From Corallococcus sp. EGB (lineage in GTDB: Bacteria > Myxococcota > Myxococcia > Myxococcales > Myxococcaceae): a DNA stretch of 64,000 nucleotides. The DNA lies in NCBI RefSeq assembly GCF_019968905.1, contig NZ_CP079946.1, positions 5,665,356-5,729,355 on the forward strand, given 5' to 3'. Both the position numbers and the translations under genes were made by a program. Positions 38,347 to 48,071 of this stretch are shown here, piece by piece. How positions within the stretch are numbered: position 1 is the first letter of the stretch; every line of letters starts with the position of its first letter. The notes beneath the pieces are model-generated. The model had not been told where the DNA came from, did not search any database, and saw nothing but the letters and a program-made list of their open reading frames with translations.

Positions 38347-39516
38347 CTACGCTGAGTCGGAGGTGCCGTCGGGCTCCGGTTCCTCCGGCCCCTCCACGGT
38401 GCGCTCCAGCGTGCGAGCAAGCGCGGCGCGGGCCTCCGAGGCCTCCTCGCTCCCAGCCCGCGAGGGAGCAGGCACCGTCGACTCCAGCTCATCCGGATGC
38501 AGGCGGAACCACTTTGCGACGAGCATCACCTCCTGGGCCTCCTGCGCGCGAAGGCCAATCGCCTCCGGCTCCGGCACGGAGAAGATGTCCTGCACGCGCG
38601 CGTCCAGCATCGCGTGCTCCTCCGGAGTCTGGGGCGCGGGCACCTCCGCGCGGATCCGTCCCCGTCTGAGCACGTACACGCGGTCCTCGCCGCCGTGTCC
38701 GCGCACCGTGTAGACGAGCGACAGCCGCCGCAGTGTGCGGCCCAGCTCGACGATCCACGCCTGCACGTTCTCCAGCCGCTCCGCGCGGTCGCGAAGCTCC
38801 GCCGCGTATTCGAACTGGAGCCGCCGCGCCGCCATCGCCATGCGCTCGCGGAGGATGACCAGCGGCCGGTCCGACTCGCCATTGAGGAACGCCCGCGCCA
38901 GCGCGACCTGCGCCAGGTACTCCGCCGTCGTGCACCCGCCGGCGCATGGAGACAGACACCGCGCCGTCTGCCCGCGCATGCACCGGGGGTCGTCCTTCAG
39001 GGGGAAGAGCTGGATCTGATCCGCCAGCCGCATGGGCGTCTCGGACGGGCAGTCGCGCAGCTCCAGCAGGTCATTCACCGCGCGCACCACGTCCGCCATG
39101 GTGTGCCGGCCGTGGAAGGGCCCGAAGTACTCCGCGCTCCCGCCACCGCCGGGCTGCCCCACCACGCGCAACCGGGGCACGGCCTCACGCGTGAGCTGGA
39201 GGAAGCAGTGCGCGCGGTCGCGCTTGTGCTCCACGTTGAAGAGGGGCCGGTGGCTCTTGATCAGCCGGAACTCATGGAGGAGCGCGGCGAACTCGCTGGC
39301 CGTGTACTCCCACTCCACCTGGTGCGCCTGGGCGACGATCTCCCAGGCCTTCTCGCCCTCCTCCGCGCGGAAGTACGACAGGAGCCGCGTGCGCACGCGC
39401 ACGGACTTGCCCACGTAGAGCAGCTCTCCAGCGGGGCCGAGGAACCGGTACACACCGGGCCGGTTCTCCGCGCTCGCGCGGACGTGACTCAGGAGGCTGG
39501 CGACGCGCGGGTCCAT
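38347..39516 (-). CDS. UvrC-homolog GIY-YIG excinuclease (Cho-like)
   Basis: GIY-YIG motif GVYRFLGPAGELLYVGKS. UvrC-type Cys cluster (CMRGQTARCLSPCAGGC). No C-terminal RNaseH/HhH half. Confidence 0.78.
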   Translation of the reverse strand: MDPRVASLLSHVRASAENRPGVYRFLGPAGELLYVGKSVRVRTRLLSYFRAEEGEKAWEIVAQAHQVEWEYTASEFAALLHEFRLIKSHRPLFNVEHKRDRAHCFLQLTREAVPRLRVVGQPGGGGSAEYFGPFHGRHTMADVVRAVNDLLELRDCPSETPMRLADQIQLFPLKDDPRCMRGQTARCLSPCAGGCTTAEYLAQVALARAFLNGESDRPLVILRERMAMAARRLQFEYAAELRDRAERLENVQAWIVELGRTLRRLSLVYTVRGHGGEDRVYVLRRGRIRAEVPAPQTPEEHAMLDARVQDIFSVPEPEAIGLRAQEAQEVMLVAKWFRLHPDELESTVPAPSRAGSEEASEARAALARTLERTVEGPEEPEPDGTSDSA

Positions 39517-39649
39517 GCGGCGAAGAAGCCCCGGAGCCGCAAGCCCCGGGGCACCGCAGGCTACCCCGCCACGTCCCGCCGCACCGCTGCCAGAGCGACT
39601 CGGGTCGCAACCCGGCCGGAGGGCGGGCGGAGGGACGCGCGCCCGGACT

Positions 39650-40828
<1,179 letters not shown>

Positions 40829-41086
40829 TTATACCCAGCCCGCCCGTCCGAGGGCACCCGCTTCCTGGGGCTGCCCGCCTGGCCAGCAGGAGGCCCGGAG
40901 CCCCCCTCCTCCCTCGGAAGGCCCCGGTTTCCCTACCCGGCCCCCGGGGGCTGGGGAATGGCGGGGAGTGGAAGCCGGCATTTCCCGGGCAGGTCGGCGG
41001 TTACATTGGGTCCTCCGGTACGCCGCCGGGCTTCGATTTACCGCGCGTCTTGGGTCGCCGCGCCATTTCCGTTACAAGCCGCCGCC

Positions 41087-42685
41087 ATGTTCAACGTCAT
41101 CAACGTCTCCAAGGCCTATGGGCCCAAGAAGCTGTTCGAGGAGGTCAACGTCGCCTTCTCGCCGGGCCGTCGCTACGGCCTGACTGGTCCGAACGGGGCC
41201 GGCAAGTCCACGTTCATGAAGATCCTCGCGGGAGACGAGGAGCAGGACATGGGCGAGATCATCCGCCCGCGCAAGCTGGGCATCCTGCGCCAGGACCACT
41301 TCCGCTACGAGAACGACCGCGTCATCGACGTGGTGTTGATGGGCAACCGCCACCTGTGGGCGGCGATGGACGAGAAGAACAAGCTGCTCGCCAAGGCCGA
41401 CATCACCGAGGAGGACGGCAACCGGCTGGGTGAGCTGGAAGGCGTCATCGCGGAAGAGGACGGCTACTCCGCGGAGAGCGACGCGGCCACGCTGCTCGCC
41501 GGCCTCGGCATCGAGGAGTCCTTCCATGAAGGGCCCATGCGTCAGCTGACGGGCGGCCTGAAGCTGCGAGTGCTGCTCGCGCAGGCGCTGTTCGGCAAGC
41601 CCGAGGGGCTGCTGCTCGACGAGCCCACGAACAACCTGGACATCGACTCCATCCGCTGGCTGGAGAACTTCCTCCATGTGTACGAGGGCGTGCTGATCAC
41701 CATCAGCCACGACCGGCACTTCCTGAACTCCATCTGCACGCACATCGCGGACATCGATTACGAGACCATCATCCAGTACACGGGTGGTTACGACGACATG
41801 GTCCGGCAGAAGTCGCAGCTGCGGACCCGGGTCGAGTCCGAGACGGCGGAGAAGAAGAAGAAGATCGCCCAGTTGCAGGACTTCGTGGCGCGCTTCCACG
41901 CGGGTACGCGCGCGTCGCAGGTGCAGAGCCGCATCAAGCAGATCGAGAAGCTGAAGACGGAGGACCTGAAGCGCTCGAACATCGCGCGGCCGTTCATCCG
42001 GTTCGACCAGAAGGTGGCGAGCGGCCGTCAGACGCTGATGTTCGAGGGGCTGCAGAAGTCCTTCGACGGGGTGCCGGTCATCAAGCCCTTCACCGGCCTG
42101 GTCTGCAAGGGCGAGCGCATCTGTGTGATTGGCCGCAACGGCGTGGGCAAGTCGACGCTGGTGAAGATGCTGGCGGGCAAGCTGGAGCCGGACGCGGGCA
42201 GCATCACCTGGGGCCACCAGGCGACGGTGGGCTACCTGCCGCAGGACCACCACGGCGTCATCCACAAGGGCACGACGTGCTTCGGCTACCTCCGGGAGAT
42301 CAGCGAGAAGCTGACGAACGAGGAGATTTCCGGCGTGTTGGGCCGGATGCTCTTCTCGGGTGAGGAGCGGATGAAGAACACGGACACGCTCTCCGGTGGT
42401 GAGACGGTGCGCGTGCTGTTGTCCAAGCTGATGATCATGCAGGACAACGTGTTGATCCTCGACGAGCCGACGAACCACCTGGACCTGGAGTCCATCGCGG
42501 CGCTGGCGGAAGGCCTGGCGAAGTTCGAAGGCACGGTCATCTGCGTGACGCACGACCAGGAGCTCATCTCCGAGGTCGCGACCCGCATCTGGAGCCTGGA
42601 GGCGGGCAAGGACGTGCTCGACTTCAACGGCCCCTACTCCGAGTTCATGGAGAAGCACGCGGACGCGGCGCTGAAGCGCCGGTAG
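41087..42685 (+). CDS. ABC-F family ATPase (tandem ABC domains, no TMD; EttA/YbiT-like translation factor)
   Basis: Two Walker A sites (GPNGAGKST, GRNGVGKST). Two LSGG signatures. Inter-domain linker. Confidence 0.93.
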   Translation: MFNVINVSKAYGPKKLFEEVNVAFSPGRRYGLTGPNGAGKSTFMKILAGDEEQDMGEIIRPRKLGILRQDHFRYENDRVIDVVLMGNRHLWAAMDEKNKLLAKADITEEDGNRLGELEGVIAEEDGYSAESDAATLLAGLGIEESFHEGPMRQLTGGLKLRVLLAQALFGKPEGLLLDEPTNNLDIDSIRWLENFLHVYEGVLITISHDRHFLNSICTHIADIDYETIIQYTGGYDDMVRQKSQLRTRVESETAEKKKKIAQLQDFVARFHAGTRASQVQSRIKQIEKLKTEDLKRSNIARPFIRFDQKVASGRQTLMFEGLQKSFDGVPVIKPFTGLVCKGERICVIGRNGVGKSTLVKMLAGKLEPDAGSITWGHQATVGYLPQDHHGVIHKGTTCFGYLREISEKLTNEEISGVLGRMLFSGEERMKNTDTLSGGETVRVLLSKLMIMQDNVLILDEPTNHLDLESIAALAEGLAKFEGTVICVTHDQELISEVATRIWSLEAGKDVLDFNGPYSEFMEKHADAALKRR

Positions 42686-42862
42686 CCTTTCGTCACTCCA
42701 GGCTGTGCCCACGCCGCCCGTTTCCGGTCCTCCGGAAGCGAGGCGGCGTTCTCGTGTGCGTGTCAATACCTCTCACGGGGGATGCCCGCGTCGCCGGGAA
42801 TGCGCCACAACCTGGAGTGCCAGGTCGTCCCACCCATGACGACCCGGGGGGCGAACCCATCC

Positions 42863-45800
42863 ATGAATCCGCACGACTTGGTCCTGCTGAAAGAGCTTCA
42901 GCGGCAACGCACCCGGTTGCTGGATCTGAGCGCGACCAACCGGCTCCTCAACTTCAAGCACACGGCCAGGACGTCGCTGCGAATCGTGGATGAGCTTCCA
43001 GGCGTCGTCTTCGAGCGGCTGAGCAACCACCGCGCGCTCACCTTCCTCCCGGTGCCGCCTCCGGAAACAGAACCCGGGCATGAGGCTTCCGACCCCACCG
43101 CCGCGACCGTGGTGTTCTCGATGACGGAGGAGAGCACCAGCAGGGACTCCCGGCAGAGGCTGCTGCTTCAACAGGCGAAACGCCTGGGCATCGACACCCG
43201 GTATGAGCTGCCGCAGGCGGGCGCGGCGGAAAGCGGCACCAGTCCTCGCAAGCACCAGGACCGCCATCTGCAGACGCTGTACTTCCCGGAGGATCTGGAG
43301 AGCCACCTGCACCGCCTCCATGGCCTCGCACAGACGGCCATTCAGGAGACAGGGGCCAACCTGCTCCACATCGCCTTCGGATTCCTGCGTTGGTACGAGT
43401 CCGGCGATTCGCGGCAGGAGAAGCCCCGCTGCGCGCCTCTGGTGCTCATGCCCGTGAGCCTCAAGCGCGGCCAGGCCCACCCGGACACGCAGGTCCATGC
43501 CTACGAGGTGGACTACAACGAAGGCGAGTCCATTGAGCTGAACCTCACGCTTCAGGAGAAGTTGAGGCAGGAGTTCGGCATCACACTGCCTGCATTCTCC
43601 GCGGAGGAAGGGCTGGAGGCGTACTTCGCGAAGGTGACGGCGCTGTTGAAAGGCCTTCGTCCAGGATGGGGCCTGGAGCGACAGGTGACCCTGACGCTGC
43701 TGTCCTTCGGACGGCTCCTGATGTGGCGGGACCTGGAACCCTCTCGATGGCCGCAGAACAGCCCCCTGCTGACGAACCCGCTCGTCCGGACGTTGATGGG
43801 AGGCCAGGCCCAGGCGAACGAGCCAGGCGGAGGAGGCGCAGCCATCCGGGAACGCCGGAACGAGGTCTACGACCTGGACGCGCCGGAGGCTTCTCCCCCA
43901 CCGCTCATCACTGACGCGGACAGCAGCCAACACAGCGTGCTGGTGGATGTGCTTCGAGGCGAGAACCTGGTGGTGCAGGGGCCCCCAGGCACCGGGAAGT
44001 CACAGACCATCACCAACCTCATCGGCGCGGCGCTGGCGGCGGGCAAGACCGTGCTGTTCGTCACCCAGAAGCTGGCGGCGCTGGAGGTCGTCTCGCGCCG
44101 TCTCCAACAGGCCGGGCTGGGCGAGTTCTGCCTGGAGCTCCACAGCCACAAGACCCAGAAGCAGCAGTTCATGGAGGACCTGCGCCGAAGGCTCAAGCTG
44201 GATGCGAATGCAGGCGCACCCCGCCCACTTACCGAACAAGTCTCAAGCGCGGCCAGCATCCTGCGCGCTCATTCCGAGCGAATGCACAAGCCATTCGGGA
44301 TGCTCGGCATGTCACCGCACGACGTGTTCTGGAAGGTCAGTCGCGCCGAAGCGGAACTGGGCGATGCGGTTGTTGAACTGGATGGCCTCCGCTTCGAGGG
44401 CGCAGAAGAAATGTCCCCCACGTCCCTGGCGGAGGTTCGCGACGCGGTTCGGGGGCTCGCGGCGCAACTGGCGGACGTCCGCCGCGTTGCCCCTCTCCCC
44501 TCGGCCCATCCCTGGGCGGGGGTGACGAACGACGCGCTGACCGACAAGGAGCGCCAGACGCTCATTCAACGGTTCGCATCCTGGGAGGAGTCCGCGCTGC
44601 GCCTGGAGAAGGCGCTGGCTGCCTTCACCACCCGCACAGGCGTCACGCCCAGGTCGAGCGTACTCGCGGCGGATGCCCTGGTCTCCGCCGTCCGGGTTCT
44701 GCCGCCGCTTCCAGAGGGAGCACCTCCGGAACTGGTCCCTGTCCTCCTTGATTCAGCGCAACGCGAGGGATTGCGCACCCTGCTCGACGCCATCGAGTCG
44801 GTCCAGGCGCAATGGGCAGGGTTGGAGGCGGGCTGGCGTTCCCAGGAGGCTCTGACTGCGCCCGCGCTGCGTGCAGCGGAGGCCGTCCTCGACATCGCCC
44901 TGCGCCTGCTTTTCCCCGACACCACGATGGTCACCCTGACACGCGCGCACGAGGCCGTGGGAGGAGCGGCCCGGGCCCTGGAGCAGGGACGCAGGTTCAT
45001 GACCGCCGTGGCCTCCAGCCTGGAAGTCGACGTCTCGCTCTGGACGCCTCAACAGCTCCAGATTTTTGCCCGCGTCATCGAAGCGATGGCGGCTCTGGAC
45101 GAAGCGACTTTGGAGTGGCGGGACGCACGGTGGGTCGAGCGCGAGGTCGAGGAATCGCTTCGGCAGGCCCACGGCACCTGCTCCACATTGAAGGAGCAGG
45201 CGCGGGCGCTCTCTGTGCGCTTCATGCCCGAGCTCGTTCCTCCGCTCGCGACGCTCAAGGCGCATGCCGTCGCGGTCTCGACGGCGCCATTCATTCCCTG
45301 GCTTTCGAGCCCATGGCGTGCCGCGCGACGGGACTTCCAGGCGATGGCCCACGGGGTCCGTCCGACGCGGCCCGTGTTGAGCCAGGGCTACACGGATCTG
45401 CTGGCGCATCACGCCGCACGAGAGCGCTTCCATGAAGACGCGGCCTTGAAAGCGGCCCTGGGCGCCCGCTTCCAGGGAATCGACACGCGCTTCGACCGGA
45501 TCCTTTCGTGGTTGGACGCCTACCGGACCATCGATGCGTTGCTCCTTCCCCTGGGAGAACGGGGAGCGGAGCTCCGCCGCGCAGTGTTGGAGCGACCGGC
45601 GAGCCATTGGCGAGAGGCCCTGGCGAAGGCCCGAGTGCTGGGCGAAGACCTGCCCCAGGTCCGCGACGTCAGCGCTTCGGTGCAGGAAGCCGCGACTCGC
45701 ATGGGCCTGCCTCACGCGCCCTGGAACACCGAGCCCTGCGGCAAGGCCCAGGACAGCCTCGACGCCCTGCTGAAGCACCTGGGCGAAGTCCTCAAATGGG

Positions 45801-48058
45801 CACGGATGGGGGACGCTTCGCCTTCCCTGCCCCTTTCCCAGCTCCAAGGCCAGCTGCGCAGGGTGCGCGAGGCCTGCGAAGCCGAGGAGCGGCTGGAGGC
45901 CCACGCTCCCGCGGCGGCATTGCCTGGGGTGGTCTACCGGGGCCGGAAGACGTCCATCGCGGGGCCCCGAAGCGCCCTCCGCCATGTCGATGACGTTTTC
46001 TCAGCGCCGCTGCCAGAAGGACTCGCGGAATGGCTGCTGCGCGAGGACACCCCACGCAGGCAGGCGGACCTGCTCACGGCCACGAACGAGGTCGAGGCAG
46101 CACTTGTCGCCTACAAGGAGTCCGCCGCTCAGGCATGGGGACTGGGGAAGATGGCCCCGGGCGCCTGGGAGGACCTCGCCGCCGAGAAGCCGCTTCAAGC
46201 GACGGTCATGCGCCTGCGTCAGGCTCGCGAGCGGGCCGCGACGCTCCCAGCCTGGTGCGCGTACCAACGGCAGAGACGCGCCGTCGCACGAACGCGGGGA
46301 ACCACGGGCTTCCTGGAGCGCGTCGATACACGTCCTGGACTGGAGCCGGATCGACTGCTCGCGGCTTTCGAAGCCGTCTTCTTCCGCACCCTGGCGGAAG
46401 CCGTCCTGCGCGACCAACCGGAGCTCGACCAATTCACGGGCGCCGTCCACGCATCCCAGCGCGAGGAATTCGCGCGCCTGGACACGCATTGCATCGAAAA
46501 GCAGGGCCGCTATCTGGCGCGGCAACTCAGCCAGCGTCCGGTTCCTTCTGGCGTGTCCTCGACGAAGGTGGGGGCCATGACGGAGACCCACCTGCTCAAG
46601 CACGAGTTGGGAAAGAAGCAGCGCCATCTCCCCATCCGTGAGCTGGTGGCACGTGCCGGCAGTGCACTTCAGACGTTGATGCCCTGCTTCATGATGGGGC
46701 CGCAGTCGGTTGCCCAGTACCTACCCGCCGGACAGCTGACCTTCGATCTGGTGGTGATGGACGAGGCCAGCCAGATGCGCCCCGAAGATGCGTTGGGAGC
46801 CATTGCGCGAGGACGCCAGCTGGTGGTGGTGGGTGATCCGGAGCAACTCCCTCCCACCAACTTCTTCGCCCAGGTGGAGCAGGAGGACGTCGCTTCTGAC
46901 GACGAAGAAGGCGACGAAGCCCAGGGGCCATCCTTCCTGGAGGATTCAGAGAGCATCCTCACGGCGGCAGCGGAGCGGTTCCCCACGCGCATGTTGCGCT
47001 GGCATTACCGCTCACGCCACCCCGCGCTCATCGCCTTCAGCAACCGTGAATTCTACAACGGCGACCTCATCACCTTCCCCGCTCCAGGCGAACAGTTGGA
47101 GGGACTGGGACTCCACTTCCACAAGGTGGAAAAGGGGCTGTACGAGTCCAACCGGAACGTTCCCGAAGCCCGCGAAGTGCTCGCGAAGGTGAAAGAACAC
47201 GCGCGTACGCGTCCCGAGCAGAGTCTGCTGGTCGTCACGTTGAACTCGAAGCAGCGCGACCTCATCGACGACCTGGTGACGGCCGAGGAGAAGACAGACG
47301 CGAGCCTCCGGGCCTTCCTGGCGAAGTGGGAGAAGTCTCCCATGCCCTTCGATGTGAAGAACCTGGAGAACGTCCAAGGCGACGAGCGCGACGCCATCTT
47401 CGTGTCGGTCACGTTCGGTCCCGACAAGAACGAGAAGTTCCGGATGAACTTCGGCCCGATCAACCAGGCGGACGGGTATCGCCGGCTGAACGTCCTCTTC
47501 ACGCGGGCGCGGTGCGCGCTGACGGTGTTCGCGTCCTTCGAACCGTCGGATCTCAAAATCCAGGAGAGCAGCCCCCGCGGGATGCGCGTCCTCCAGCGGT
47601 ACCTGTTCGAAGCCAGAGGCGAAGCCGTGGCACATGGTGTTGGGAGCGGCCGGCCCCCGGACTCTGACTTCGAGCTCGCCGTCGCGAAGGCGCTCACGGC
47701 GCGAGGATTCGAAGTGGTTCCCCAGGTGGGCGTCGCCGGGTACTTCATCGACATGGCCCTCCGGCATCCCCGGCAGCCAGGCCGATACATCCTGGGTGTC
47801 GAGTGTGACGGCGAGCGGTATCACTCATCGCGCTCCGCGCGGGACCGCGATCGCCTTCGCGACCAGGTGTTGAAGGGCCTCGGGTGGAACCTTCACCGCA
47901 TCTGGTCCACGGATTGGTTCCGCTCACCTTCGGAAGAGGTCGCCCGCATCGTCGCGCACGTCGAAGCGCTGCTCCGTGAGGAAGCGGCAGCGGAGCTTCC
48001 AGCCGTGGTGCGCGAGGAGCCCCTGGCGGAAAACCAGATGCGCGCCGTCAGCGCCTGA
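42863..48058 (+). CDS. Giant SF1 (Upf1-like, AAA_11/AAA_12) helicase with an N-terminal DUF4011-like region and a C-terminal Vsr/DUF559-like PD-(D/E)xK endonuclease domain. Architecture resembles Hhe-type defense proteins.
   Basis: Walker A VVQGPPGTGKSQTITNLI at about 43975-44030. Walker B/motif II LVVMDEASQM at about 46750. AAA_12 region (VTFGPDKNEKF...LNVLFTRARCALTVFAS). C-terminal GVECDGERYHSS...RDRDRLRDQVLKGLGWNLHRIWSTDWF matches the DUF559/Vsr-like fold. The start could be 42836 instead. Confidence 0.88.
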   Translation: MNPHDLVLLKELQRQRTRLLDLSATNRLLNFKHTARTSLRIVDELPGVVFERLSNHRALTFLPVPPPETEPGHEASDPTAATVVFSMTEESTSRDSRQRLLLQQAKRLGIDTRYELPQAGAAESGTSPRKHQDRHLQTLYFPEDLESHLHRLHGLAQTAIQETGANLLHIAFGFLRWYESGDSRQEKPRCAPLVLMPVSLKRGQAHPDTQVHAYEVDYNEGESIELNLTLQEKLRQEFGITLPAFSAEEGLEAYFAKVTALLKGLRPGWGLERQVTLTLLSFGRLLMWRDLEPSRWPQNSPLLTNPLVRTLMGGQAQANEPGGGGAAIRERRNEVYDLDAPEASPPPLITDADSSQHSVLVDVLRGENLVVQGPPGTGKSQTITNLIGAALAAGKTVLFVTQKLAALEVVSRRLQQAGLGEFCLELHSHKTQKQQFMEDLRRRLKLDANAGAPRPLTEQVSSAASILRAHSERMHKPFGMLGMSPHDVFWKVSRAEAELGDAVVELDGLRFEGAEEMSPTSLAEVRDAVRGLAAQLADVRRVAPLPSAHPWAGVTNDALTDKERQTLIQRFASWEESALRLEKALAAFTTRTGVTPRSSVLAADALVSAVRVLPPLPEGAPPELVPVLLDSAQREGLRTLLDAIESVQAQWAGLEAGWRSQEALTAPALRAAEAVLDIALRLLFPDTTMVTLTRAHEAVGGAARALEQGRRFMTAVASSLEVDVSLWTPQQLQIFARVIEAMAALDEATLEWRDARWVEREVEESLRQAHGTCSTLKEQARALSVRFMPELVPPLATLKAHAVAVSTAPFIPWLSSPWRAARRDFQAMAHGVRPTRPVLSQGYTDLLAHHAARERFHEDAALKAALGARFQGIDTRFDRILSWLDAYRTIDALLLPLGERGAELRRAVLERPASHWREALAKARVLGEDLPQVRDVSASVQEAATRMGLPHAPWNTEPCGKAQDSLDALLKHLGEVLKWARMGDASPSLPLSQLQGQLRRVREACEAEERLEAHAPAAALPGVVYRGRKTSIAGPRSALRHVDDVFSAPLPEGLAEWLLREDTPRRQADLLTATNEVEAALVAYKESAAQAWGLGKMAPGAWEDLAAEKPLQATVMRLRQARERAATLPAWCAYQRQRRAVARTRGTTGFLERVDTRPGLEPDRLLAAFEAVFFRTLAEAVLRDQPELDQFTGAVHASQREEFARLDTHCIEKQGRYLARQLSQRPVPSGVSSTKVGAMTETHLLKHELGKKQRHLPIRELVARAGSALQTLMPCFMMGPQSVAQYLPAGQLTFDLVVMDEASQMRPEDALGAIARGRQLVVVGDPEQLPPTNFFAQVEQEDVASDDEEGDEAQGPSFLEDSESILTAAAERFPTRMLRWHYRSRHPALIAFSNREFYNGDLITFPAPGEQLEGLGLHFHKVEKGLYESNRNVPEAREVLAKVKEHARTRPEQSLLVVTLNSKQRDLIDDLVTAEEKTDASLRAFLAKWEKSPMPFDVKNLENVQGDERDAIFVSVTFGPDKNEKFRMNFGPINQADGYRRLNVLFTRARCALTVFASFEPSDLKIQESSPRGMRVLQRYLFEARGEAVAHGVGSGRPPDSDFELAVAKALTARGFEVVPQVGVAGYFIDMALRHPRQPGRYILGVECDGERYHSSRSARDRDRLRDQVLKGLGWNLHRIWSTDWFRSPSEEVARIVAHVEALLREEAAAELPAVVREEPLAENQMRAVSA

Positions 48059-48071
48059 CAAGGAGATCTCC

